DNA from: Mycolicibacterium smegmatis
GTDB lineage: Bacteria > Actinomycetota > Actinomycetes > Mycobacteriales > Mycobacteriaceae
DNA length: 32,000 nucleotides
Assembly: GCF_001457595.1 (NCBI RefSeq)
Contig: NZ_LN831039.1
Span: 2,220,001-2,252,000 of the forward strand
Reading direction: 5' to 3'
A model generated the notes under the pieces. It was not told where the DNA came from. It ran no database searches and saw only the letters and a list, made by a program, of their open reading frames with translations. The translations under genes and the position numbers were made by a program. Below, one piece after another: positions 1 to 9,274 of this stretch (the stretch's first letter is position 1; every line of letters begins with the position of its first letter).

Positions 1-792
1 CGTCTGGCCGACCTCCAGCCCGCGGTCGACCTCGCCGAGCACCGCGTCGGCCGGCACCCGCACGTTGGTCAACTCGACCTCGCCGTGGTCGGTGGGCATG
101 TTGAAGGTCCACCAGTAGAACGGCACGTGGAACCCGGGGGCGTCGGTGGGGACCAGGAACGCCGTGATGCCGAGGGCCTGCCCCCGTTCCCCGGAGGTGC
201 GGGCGAAGATCAGGTCATGCGTGGCGCGGTGCACGCCGGTGTTCCACCGTTTGGTGCCGTTGATGATCCAGTCCTCGCCGTCGCGCACCGCCGTGGTCTC
301 CAGCCACGTGGCGTCCGAACCGTGCCCGGGTTCGGTGAGCCCGAACGCCATCGACCGCTTGCCGGTGATCATCGCCTCGACCCATTCGTCTTTCTGGGTC
401 TCGGTGCCGAACCGGTCCATCATGATGACCTGGGGGAAATTGCCGACGATCGACGACTCGTCCTGCAGGTCGTTGTGCAGGCCGAGACCCTTGTGGGCCA
501 GGTGTTCCCGGATGACCGCCATGTCGAGGTTGGTGCCGTCGCGGCCGCCGAACCGCGCGGGCAGGCCGTAGCGCAGCCACCCCGCGGCGTCGGCGCGCCT
601 GCGCATCTCGTCGAGCAGTTCCTCCCACTCGCGCCGCGGGACGCCGCCGTTGTCCCAGTCGGTGCGCGCGTGCTCACGACGATGGTCGAAGTACTGGATG
701 TTCTCGCGCTCCAGCGGCTTGATCTCCGCCTCGATGAACGCGTCCATCTCGGCGAGAGTGTCCCGAAGGTGTTCCGGGAGGGTGAAATCCAC
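1..792 (-). CDS. Acyl-CoA dehydrogenase, N-terminal 264 codons (3' end lies beyond window start)
   Basis: Not in the supplied ORF track because it runs off the window. Manual minus-strand translation from GTG at 792 (GGAG 6-7 nt upstream, overlapping the TetR stop) gives VDFTLPEHLRDTLAEMDAFIEAEIKPLERENIQYF...GKRSMAFGLTEPGHGSDATWLETTAVRDGEDWIINGTKRWNTG. This is a typical ACAD N-terminal/middle-domain signature. The frame is open to position 1, with high GC3. Confidence 0.8.
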   Translation of the reverse strand, partial: MDFTLPEHLRDTLAEMDAFIEAEIKPLERENIQYFDHRREHARTDWDNGGVPRREWEELLDEMRRRADAAGWLRYGLPARFGGRDGTNLDMAVIREHLAHKGLGLHNDLQDESSIVGNFPQVIMMDRFGTETQKDEWVEAMITGKRSMAFGLTEPGHGSDATWLETTAVRDGEDWIINGTKRWNTGVHRATHDLIFARTSGERGQALGITAFLVPTDAPGFHVPFYWWTFNMPTDHGEVELTNVRVPADAVLGEVDRGLEVGQT

Positions 793-802
793 GTTGATCT
801 CC

Positions 803-1414
803 TTAAAAGCCGTACAGGGTTTTCTTCCAGATCGTCGCGAGGGTCGTGATGGCTTCGCGGTCGTCGAGCTCGACACCGAGCCCGGATGACCCCACGAACA
901 CCGTGGTGAAGTTCTCGAACAGCAATGCGATCGCCGCGCCGATGTGCTCGGGCACGAGTCCCACCGCGTGCCCCTGCTCCTGGGCACGGCGCACCGACGC
1001 CACCACGATGTCGATGCCGAAGCGGCGGAAACTGTTCTGCACCTCGGCGAACCGTTGCTGCGTGGCGGCCAGTTGGGCGACGGCGATCATGATGCCGATG
1101 TTCTGCTTGAACATGTTCCAGTACCCGGTGACCACCGAGGTGAAGAACTCCGCGTCGTCGGGGGAGTCCGGCAGGTGCAGGTTCAGCCCCGAGGGCTCGA
1201 CGACGTCGTGCAGGAACGATTCGGCCAGCGCGGCCAGCAGATCTTCCTTGTCGGTGAAGTAGCGGTAGAACACCGCGGGGCTTTTGCCCGCCGCCGAGGT
1301 GATGTCGGCCAGTGTGGTGCCGTGGAAACCGCGTTCGGCGAACAGCTTCCGCGCGGCCAACTCGATGGCCGTGCGCGTCTGGCGGCCTTTCGAGCCCAGC
1401 TCACCGGATGCCAT
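803..1414 (-). CDS. TetR/AcrR family transcriptional regulator
   Basis: 203 aa. The N-terminal HTH region RQTRTAIELAARKLFAERGFHGTTLADITSAAGKSPAVFYRYF is the classic TetR signature. ATG at 1414 lies 6 nt after the upstream stop. Confidence 0.88.
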   Translation of the reverse strand: MASGELGSKGRQTRTAIELAARKLFAERGFHGTTLADITSAAGKSPAVFYRYFTDKEDLLAALAESFLHDVVEPSGLNLHLPDSPDDAEFFTSVVTGYWNMFKQNIGIMIAVAQLAATQQRFAEVQNSFRRFGIDIVVASVRRAQEQGHAVGLVPEHIGAAIALLFENFTTVFVGSSGLGVELDDREAITTLATIWKKTLYGF

Positions 1415-1420
1415 GTCGGC

Positions 1421-2326
1421 TCAGCCCAGGATCCGGTCGCCCGCGCGTAACAGTGCGCTGGGCAGGTCGTGTCCGACGGCCCGCTGCGCCACGCGTGCGG
1501 CCTCGATCGCGGCCCGCAGGTCGATGTCGACCCCGATGTCGCTGTCGCGCAGCAGGTACACCAGATCCTCGGTCGCGATGTTCCCGCTGGCACCCGGCGC
1601 GAAGGGGCATCCGCCCAGCCCGCCCACCGAGGCGTCGAGCCGCGTGATGCCGGCCTGCACCGCCGCGTACGCGCTGGCCAGCCCGGCGCCGCGGGTGTTG
1701 TGGAAATGGGCGCCGAGAGGCAGATCGCCGATCAGCGGGCGCACCTGCTGCACCAGCGTCGTCACGCGCCGCGGTGTGGTGGTGCCGATGGTGTCGGCGA
1801 TGGCCAGCCGGTCGGCGCCGTATTCGACAGCGGCCGAGACGATGTCGAGGACACGCTGCGGGTCGGTGGGTCCGTCGAACGGGCAGTCCCATGCCGTGGC
1901 GACGATGACCTCGACCGAGGTGTCGCTGTCGTGCGCGATCGCGACGATGTCGGCGATCTGCGCGGTGGCCTCGGCGCTGGAGCGACCCACGTTGGCCTTG
2001 CTGTGGCTGTCGGCGGCCGACACGACATACTCGATCGAGTGCAAACCTGCGGCGATCGCGCGTTTGGCTCCGTTGGGGCTGGCCACCAGGGCCGAGAACT
2101 CGACGTCGGGGAAGCGGTGGAGCTCCGCGGCGAGTTCGGCGGCGTCGGCCAGCGCCGGAACCTTGCTCGGTGAGACGAACGCGGTGGCCTCGATCTCGCG
2201 CACCCCGGTCGCGACGATCGCCTCGAGGATCTCGACCTTGGCCGACAACGGGATGGGCTTCTCGATCTGCAGACCGTCGCGCAGACAGACCTCGCGGATG
2301 TCGACGTGGGTGGGCAGGTCCATCAC
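1421..2326 (-). CDS. Hydroxymethylglutaryl-CoA lyase-like (HMGL family) aldolase/lyase
   Basis: 301 aa. Motifs EVCLRDGLQ near the N-terminus, HFHNTRGAGLA and GGLGGCPFAPGASGNIATEDLVYLL are hallmarks of HMG-CoA lyase / citramalyl-CoA lyase type TIM-barrel enzymes. The GTG (2326) or ATG (2323) start overlaps the upstream TGA. Confidence 0.85.
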   Translation of the reverse strand: MMDLPTHVDIREVCLRDGLQIEKPIPLSAKVEILEAIVATGVREIEATAFVSPSKVPALADAAELAAELHRFPDVEFSALVASPNGAKRAIAAGLHSIEYVVSAADSHSKANVGRSSAEATAQIADIVAIAHDSDTSVEVIVATAWDCPFDGPTDPQRVLDIVSAAVEYGADRLAIADTIGTTTPRRVTTLVQQVRPLIGDLPLGAHFHNTRGAGLASAYAAVQAGITRLDASVGGLGGCPFAPGASGNIATEDLVYLLRDSDIGVDIDLRAAIEAARVAQRAVGHDLPSALLRAGDRILG

Positions 2327-3525
2327 AGCACCCCTTCGTCGTGCAGCGCCTGCAGTTCGTCGGCCGTGTGTCCCAGCAGCCCGGTGTAGATCTCGTCGTT
2401 GTGCTGGCCGGGCCGCGCGGAGCCGGCGTTGCGGATGGTTCCGGGTGACTCCGACAGTACCGGGACGACGCCGGGGCCCTTGATGTTGCGCTGGACCCGT
2501 TCGTCCCAGTGGTCGGCGATCATGCCGCGGGCCTGCAGTTGGGGATCGTTGACCACTTCGGCGACGGTGTTGATCGGCCCGGCGATCACCCCGGCGTCCG
2601 ACAGCGTGGAGATGATCTCGTCGGGCTGGCGCTGCGCGGCCCAGTCCCCGATGATCTTGTCCAGTTCGTCCTGGTTACGGCCCCGCGCAAGGTGATCGGA
2701 GAACCGCTCGTCGGTGGCGAGTTCGGGCCGGCCCATCGCGGCGCACAGCCTGCGGAACACGGTGTCCTGGTTGGCCGCGATCACCACCCAGCTGCCGTTG
2801 GCGCTCTGGTAGATGTTCGACGGCGCTATGCCCTCCAGACGCGTGCCCGACGGCCCGCGCACCACACCGCCCACGTCGTAGTCGGGGATGGTGGATTCCT
2901 GGATGGCCAAGCAGGATTCGGTGAGCGCGGTGTCGACCACCTGGCCTTCGCCGGTGACGCTGCGGCGGTACAGCGCCGCGAGCGCACCCTGCGCGGCGAA
3001 CATGCCCGCCAGGCTGTCACCCAGCGACAGTGCCAGCCGTGGCGGCGGACCGCCAGGGAACCCGTTCATGTGCCGCAACCCGCTGGCGGCCTCGGCCACC
3101 GAGGCATACCCGGCCTTCCCGGCCTCCGGTCCGGTCTGCCCGTACCCGGACACCCGCACCAGGATGACGCCCTTGTTGTGTTGCCGCAGAACGTCGTACC
3201 CCAGATCCCACTTCTCCAGCGTGCCCGGCCGGAAATTCTCGACGATGATGTCGGAGCGGTCGACGAGCTCGAGGAACAATTCGCGGCCCTTGGGCTTCCG
3301 GAGATCGAGTGTGACGGCTTTCTTGTTGCGGGCGTGCACGGTCCAGAAGAAGTGGTGTCCGTCGAGCTCGGCCTGGCCCCACGTACGCAGCGGGTCCGGC
3401 GCACTGGGCAACTCGATCTTGATGACCTCGGCGCCCATGTCGCCGAGCAGTCGCCCGGCGAACGGGCCCGAGATCAGCGTGCCGAGTTCGAGCACCCGCA
3501 CGCCGTCGAGTGGTCCGGCTGTCAC
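2323..3525 (-). CDS. Family III CoA-transferase (CaiB/BaiF/Frc type)
   Basis: 400 aa. The N-terminus GPLDGVRVLELGTLISGPFAGRLLGDMGAEVIKIE is the canonical family III CoA-transferase opening. The GTG start at 3525 overlaps the upstream TGA (GTGA). Confidence 0.85.
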   Translation of the reverse strand: MTAGPLDGVRVLELGTLISGPFAGRLLGDMGAEVIKIELPSAPDPLRTWGQAELDGHHFFWTVHARNKKAVTLDLRKPKGRELFLELVDRSDIIVENFRPGTLEKWDLGYDVLRQHNKGVILVRVSGYGQTGPEAGKAGYASVAEAASGLRHMNGFPGGPPPRLALSLGDSLAGMFAAQGALAALYRRSVTGEGQVVDTALTESCLAIQESTIPDYDVGGVVRGPSGTRLEGIAPSNIYQSANGSWVVIAANQDTVFRRLCAAMGRPELATDERFSDHLARGRNQDELDKIIGDWAAQRQPDEIISTLSDAGVIAGPINTVAEVVNDPQLQARGMIADHWDERVQRNIKGPGVVPVLSESPGTIRNAGSARPGQHNDEIYTGLLGHTADELQALHDEGVL

Positions 3526-4751
3526 TGCGCCGCACCCTCGGTCGCCGCGCTCGCGACCGGCAGCGAGAACCCGTGCCGGTGCAGCCAGTCCGTGCAGATC
3601 CCGACGGCCTGGCGCAGCGTGTCGCGCTGATCAGGGCCCGCGTAATAGTGGTTGGCGCCGGGGATCTCGTGCATCTCCTTGTCAGGATGCCCGATGGCCT
3701 CGAACAGACGCCGGGTGTGGCTGGGTGTGCAGGCGTCGTCGGCGAGGTTGCCGATCACCAGCGCGGGCACCGCGATGTCGGGACCGGCCTTGACCGCGTC
3801 ACCGTTGGCGTCGTCGTAGCTCCACTGCGACAGCCAGCTGCGCAGCGTGCAGAACCGCGCCAGGCCGACGGGGGAGTTGTTGACCACCTGGGGATCGCCC
3901 AGATAGCACGTGCCCGGTTTGCGGTCGTTGGGGTCGACGGTCGGATCGAGCCAGCGCGGGTCGGCCATGGTGCCGTGCACCACGAACGCGAACTCGTCAT
4001 CGGGACGCCCGGCGGCCTTGAGCTCGGCGAGTTTCTCCTTGACCCACTTGGTGATCCGACGGTTGCGCGCGATCTGTGCGGCGCGGTAGCGATCGAGGAA
4101 CTCCGGTGAGTACGGTGGCTGGTTCGGGTTGTCCGGGTTGTAGAGGTCCAACTCGGGATCGCGCTTGGTGGGGTCGGACTCGTCGAGGATCGACGCGTCG
4201 AGCCACTCGGTGAGGGTGCCGTGGCGACTGATGTGCGCCGCGAGCAGCATGATGCCGTCGGCCGGGATCAGGCCCAGCTGGGTCAGATCGGGGCCGTCGC
4301 CGGACGGGCTCGCGGTCACGGTCGGGTTCTGCGCCTGCTGCTGGTAGAACACCGAAAGCGAACCGCCGCCGCTCCATCCGGCCAGCACCACCTTGGAGTA
4401 GCCCAGTCGGTTCTTGGCGTCCTTGATGCACTCGCCGAGGTCCTCGACCACCTTCTCCATCAGCAGCGCGGAGTCGGTGCCGCGGAATCTGCTGTTGCAG
4501 TAGATGACGTGGTGACCCGCGCGGGCCAGGCCGTTGATCATCGGCAGGTACGCGCCACCGCCGATCGGGTGCATGAACACCAGGACGGTGTCGGACGGCC
4601 TGTTCTTGGGCCGCAGCAGGTAGCTCTCCAGCACCACGAGCTCGGCGACCCCGCCGTAGACGTCGCGCACTGCCGAGTTGTTCTGGTAGGCAACCAGATA
4701 CGGGATGCGGTCGTATTCGTGTTTGACGGGTGCTTCGGTTGTCGTCGTCAT
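3522..4751 (-). CDS. Alpha/beta-fold hydrolase (uncharacterised subfamily)
   Basis: 409 aa. It has a G-x-S-x-G nucleophile elbow (LAGWSGGGS) and a C-terminal His region (IPGANHYYAG). ATG at 4751 directly abuts the upstream TAG. High GC3. Confidence 0.7.
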   Translation of the reverse strand: MTTTTEAPVKHEYDRIPYLVAYQNNSAVRDVYGGVAELVVLESYLLRPKNRPSDTVLVFMHPIGGGAYLPMINGLARAGHHVIYCNSRFRGTDSALLMEKVVEDLGECIKDAKNRLGYSKVVLAGWSGGGSLSVFYQQQAQNPTVTASPSGDGPDLTQLGLIPADGIMLLAAHISRHGTLTEWLDASILDESDPTKRDPELDLYNPDNPNQPPYSPEFLDRYRAAQIARNRRITKWVKEKLAELKAAGRPDDEFAFVVHGTMADPRWLDPTVDPNDRKPGTCYLGDPQVVNNSPVGLARFCTLRSWLSQWSYDDANGDAVKAGPDIAVPALVIGNLADDACTPSHTRRLFEAIGHPDKEMHEIPGANHYYAGPDQRDTLRQAVGICTDWLHRHGFSLPVASAATEGAAQ

Positions 4752-5855
4752 CTAGTGCTGCCCCAGATCGTTGGCCAGGATCTCTTCGGACGGGATGAGC
4801 CTGCGGCGGGTGTCGACGGCGATCACCTTCCAGTCCACGCTGTCGAACTCGTCGAACTTGCGGCGGGCCCGCTCACGCGCCTTCTCGGGGGCGCCGTGGT
4901 GAACCCCCTGTGGCGCATGCGAGATCAAGCCGGGCGGCATGGGGATCCCGTACAGCGACCCGCCGTGGAAGAACGCGATCTCGTCGTAGTCGACGTTGCG
5001 GTGGTACCACGGTGTGCGCTCGGTGCCGGGCACGCCCTCGGCCGGCTTGGGCAGGAAGTTCATGATGTAGACGCCGGTGGCCTGCATGAACAGGTGCACC
5101 GTCGGGGGCAGGTGCACGCTGTCGGAGGTGACGACGTTGTAGTCCTCGATGTTGAAGGTGAAGGCGAAGTTGTCCCCGCGCCAGCCCTCCACGTCGAGCG
5201 GATGGTGTTGGTAGAACAACGTCGTCGGGCCGCCATCGTGGATGAGGCGCACCTCGTACTCACCGTCGGTCTGCGGGCCGGTGCCGTCGTCGATGGGCTG
5301 CGGGTCGGGGATCACGGCCTGCGACGGGTCGAACGGGAAGTGCCTGCCGAGCGTTCCGGGTGGCGGCACCCGGAACTCGTCGGTCGCCTGGATCATCAGC
5401 AGTGTCGACTCGTCATCGGGGATCTGGCGCCACGTACACGCCTTGGGGATGTAGATCCAGTCGCCCTCGCGGTAGCGCAGCGGCCCGAACTCGGTCTCCA
5501 GCAGGCCGGATCCCTTGTGCACGAACGACAGCAGATCGCCGTCGACATGGCGGACGAAGAACGGCATCTCCTGGCTGCGGCGCGACAGCAGCACTTGGCA
5601 GTCGGGGTTGGAGAACATGAGCAGCGGGCCGCCGTGCGCGTCGGTGGCGTCGCTGGGCTTCAGCTCGGAGGACAGGACGTCGGTGGGGCGCAGGGGTCCG
5701 ACGCTGCGGTAGGCGGTCGGGTCGTTGCGCCGGTACATGTTTGCGGTGCGCCCGGTGAATCCGCCGCGGCCCAGCTCGTCGTCTTTGAGGCCCTCCAGAT
5801 CGGCGTGCAGTCGCTTCGGGGTTCTGCCTTTACGCAGGTGGATAAATGATTCCAT
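4752..5855 (-). CDS. Homogentisate 1,2-dioxygenase-family (cupin) protein, probable ring-cleavage dioxygenase
   Basis: The ORF is open to 5906 (TTG). I prefer ATG at 5855, which is preceded by CGGAG. Motifs PWYHRNVDYDEIAFFHGG and HAPQGVHHGAP resemble the HRN...E...H iron-ligand region of homogentisate dioxygenases. Confidence 0.7.
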   Translation of the reverse strand: MESFIHLRKGRTPKRLHADLEGLKDDELGRGGFTGRTANMYRRNDPTAYRSVGPLRPTDVLSSELKPSDATDAHGGPLLMFSNPDCQVLLSRRSQEMPFFVRHVDGDLLSFVHKGSGLLETEFGPLRYREGDWIYIPKACTWRQIPDDESTLLMIQATDEFRVPPPGTLGRHFPFDPSQAVIPDPQPIDDGTGPQTDGEYEVRLIHDGGPTTLFYQHHPLDVEGWRGDNFAFTFNIEDYNVVTSDSVHLPPTVHLFMQATGVYIMNFLPKPAEGVPGTERTPWYHRNVDYDEIAFFHGGSLYGIPMPPGLISHAPQGVHHGAPEKARERARRKFDEFDSVDWKVIAVDTRRRLIPSEEILANDLGQH

Positions 5856-5983
5856 GAAGTGGCTCCGGTAGGCGGGGGAAGTGGGGTCCGGTGTGGAACT
5901 CAACAAAACTGAAACTGACGTTACTTTTATCTATGTTCGGTGGCAAGGCCTGACTTCAAACGTTGTCAAACGCCGTCGACGGC

Positions 5984-6580
5984 TCACAGCAGTCCCTCGG
6001 CACGGAACATGCGGTCGTAGATCTCGCGGATGACGGGCTGTTTGCGTGCGTTGTAATCCATCACGTGACCGCCCCCTGGCACGGCCGCGCGTTTGGCGTT
6101 CTCGTAACTCTCGCGGTCGTCGGGATGGCTGCGCAACCAGTCGCGGAACATCCGGTGGCGGACCACCTCGGGGCAGTCGGGTCCGAACACGTGCAGGTTG
6201 GCTCGCGGCACGTCGAGGCGCAGGCAGCGGTGTTGATGCCAGCCGGGCTCACGCACCGTCAGGCGGTAACCCAGATTCTGCAGTGCCGGAACGTATGCCG
6301 ACTCGTCGCGCGGATCCCCGACCGTGAGATCGATGTCGATGACGTCCTTGGCGGCCAGTCCGGGCACCGACGTCGACCCCACATGGTCCAGATCGAGGAC
6401 CACGGGCCCCAGTGCTGCGCGGATCTGCTCGGCGAGGCGGCGGTAACGGGCCGGCCACCGCGGGTCGGGGGCGACGATCGCGACGGGTTCGTCCGGTGGA
6501 GGTCCGTCGACCCACGGGCTCTCGACGGGATCGGGATCGTGGTGCCGGGTGATCTCGTGACGGGTGGGCACGCGCTCCAC
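5984..6580 (-). CDS. GrpB (UPF0157) family nucleotidyltransferase-fold protein
   Basis: 198 aa. IVAPDPRWPARY...LDHVGSTSVPGLAAKDVIDIDL...HVF...FRDWLRSHPDDRESYENAK is the typical GrpB pattern. The GTG start at 6580 lies 10 nt after the upstream stop. Confidence 0.72.
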   Translation of the reverse strand: MERVPTRHEITRHHDPDPVESPWVDGPPPDEPVAIVAPDPRWPARYRRLAEQIRAALGPVVLDLDHVGSTSVPGLAAKDVIDIDLTVGDPRDESAYVPALQNLGYRLTVREPGWHQHRCLRLDVPRANLHVFGPDCPEVVRHRMFRDWLRSHPDDRESYENAKRAAVPGGGHVMDYNARKQPVIREIYDRMFRAEGLL

Positions 6581-6590
6581 GCTAACCGCG

Positions 6591-7808
6591 TCAGATCATC
6601 GCGATGGGCGAGATCTTCATCCCGATCGACAGTGCGCCCGCGAGTTCACAACTCGTGTCGTGGTCGAAGATGACGTGCCCCGAGAGCACCCCGACGTCGC
6701 GGCTGATCCGTTGCAGCGGATTGTCCAGGAAGTGGGCACTGGCACCGGACGAGGCGAGCAGCAGCGCGATCACCGCGCGTGACTCACGCACGATGTGCGC
6801 CGCGGCCAGTCTGGCCTGCGCGCGGACCTCGCGTGACACCGGATCGCCGGCCGTCACGGTGTCCTCGATCTCGCCGACGGTGTCGGCCAGCAGGCCCCGC
6901 AACGCGCGCAGTCGCACCCGGGCCTCGCCGAGGTGGGCGACCGCGGCCGGTTTGTCCTTCTGTTTGACGCCCTCATAGGCGATGACGCGCTCGGAGAGGC
7001 GCTGGGCGTAGATCTCGACCGCACGCTCGGCGCTGCCGAGCGCGGGCATCGCCGCCAACAATGCCAACGCGGGCACCATCGGCCAGCGGTAGGTGGCGGC
7101 GTCGTGCACCTTCGCGCCCGGAGCGGTGCCCGTGTAGACGTCGATCACGCTCACCAGTCGGTGTTCGGGCACGAAGGCGTCGGTGACCACGACGTCGTTG
7201 GATCCGGTGGCCCGCATTCCGTCGGTGTGCCACACGTCCACGACCTCGATGTCGGACGCGGGCAACAGCGCGAGCGCGGGGTAGATCGCGTCATCGGGCC
7301 CGCACAACGCACCCACCATGATCCAGTTGGCGTGCATGACGCCGGTCGCCCACGACCACCGGCCACTGAGCCGCACGCCGCCCTCGGTAGGCAGGCCGCG
7401 GCCGTTCGGCGCCAGCGGCGCCGGTGCGAGGAAAGGTCGCGTGGCGTAGGCCTCGGCCTGGGCCTGCTCGCCGAACAACGCCAGCATCCAGTTGTGCAGT
7501 GCGAGGAAGCCGATGGTCCACGCGCTCGACGCGCAGCCGTGCGCCATCCGTCGGACCGGATCGAGCAGTGCGGGAAAGTCGGCCTGCTGCCCGCCGAAGC
7601 GGGCCGGCGTGAGCAGTTCGGTGAACCCGGACGCCGCGAGATCGGTCATCGTAGCGTCGGGTAGACGTCGCAGTTCCTCGGCTTCGCGGGCCCGTTCGGC
7701 CAGCCGCGTCACGAATTCGTCAGTAATGGCCGACGTCGTCGCGGCGGCGGCGCCCGATACGGATATGGTCACGGCCGCGGACGTTACCATACTTTTTAGT
7801 ATGTTCAC
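6591..7808 (-). CDS. ACAD-fold flavin-dependent monooxygenase (oxygenase component, HsaA/HpaH-C2/DszC-like)
   Basis: 405 aa if GTG at 7808 is used, 399 aa if ATG at 7790. LAERAREAEELRRLPDATMTDLAASGF...RLSGRWSWATG is remembered as typical of ACAD-fold (group D) two-component flavin monooxygenases. Subfamily and start codon are uncertain. Confidence 0.62.
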   Translation of the reverse strand: MNILKSMVTSAAVTISVSGAAAATTSAITDEFVTRLAERAREAEELRRLPDATMTDLAASGFTELLTPARFGGQQADFPALLDPVRRMAHGCASSAWTIGFLALHNWMLALFGEQAQAEAYATRPFLAPAPLAPNGRGLPTEGGVRLSGRWSWATGVMHANWIMVGALCGPDDAIYPALALLPASDIEVVDVWHTDGMRATGSNDVVVTDAFVPEHRLVSVIDVYTGTAPGAKVHDAATYRWPMVPALALLAAMPALGSAERAVEIYAQRLSERVIAYEGVKQKDKPAAVAHLGEARVRLRALRGLLADTVGEIEDTVTAGDPVSREVRAQARLAAAHIVRESRAVIALLLASSGASAHFLDNPLQRISRDVGVLSGHVIFDHDTSCELAGALSIGMKISPIAMI

Positions 7809-8206
7809 TCGATGGACGAGGGGAAACGGACCGTTTGATCAGGGATCGGCGTCGATCGGATAACCCTCTGGCCACCGGTTGTGAACGCAACGATCACGGC
7901 CGACGTCTTTCATAAGTGGACCCGAATGCGCCTCCGCCGAATTTGACACGTGTTTTACCTGGCAGAGCGCTTGCAACCCCCGTGGAAGGGAAAAAGAATT
8001 CATCTCCGGCCATTTACAGAAGTGCAGTTCGGCGGCGCGTCGCGGGTTTTCCCTGCAAGCGGGCCCATGATTTACTCAGGGACGCACAACAGAATCTCTC
8101 GGTCCGCTCAGAGACACCGGACTCCATCGAGCGGGCGCGGCATCGTGGCGAAACCTTTCGCCGCGAGGTCGCAACGTGATCGACGATCCCCAGTGGGCGT
8201 ATATGA

Positions 8207-9208
<1,002 letters not shown>

Positions 9209-9219
9209 ACCCGTATCAC

Positions 9220-9260
9220 ACGAAATCGCCCAGAACACCTTGTGTTCTGGGCGATTTCGT
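9220..9260. terminator. Bidirectional hairpin terminator between convergent genes
   Basis: ACGAAATCGCCCAGAACAC (9220-9238) and GTGTTCTGGGCGATTTCGT (9242-9260) are perfect 19-nt reverse complements around a 3-nt centre. The hairpin sits 12 nt after the Ag85 stop and 15 nt after the oxidoreductase stop. Confidence 0.65.
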
Positions 9261-9274
9261 ATCTGCAGGAGGTT

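Noticed and set aside
85-849. A 254-aa plus-strand ORF at the left edge, which looks like the only large ORF there in the supplied track.
   Set aside because: The opposite strand encodes an obvious acyl-CoA dehydrogenase N-terminus (TEPGHGSDA, WIINGTKRW) with a GGAG-GTG start at 792. The plus-strand product has no motifs and an Arg/Gly/Val-rich composition.
4221-5849. A 542-aa plus-strand ORF. Similar very long ORFs occur at 11598-13076 (+), 2509-3630 (+), 15807-17216 (-), 16957-18321 (-), 19196-20170 (-) and 24079-24963 (-).
   Set aside because: Each lies antisense to a gene with clear family motifs. Their translations are Arg/Gly/Ala/Pro-rich low-complexity strings with no recognisable domains. 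This is the usual stop-codon-poor artefact of high-GC DNA.
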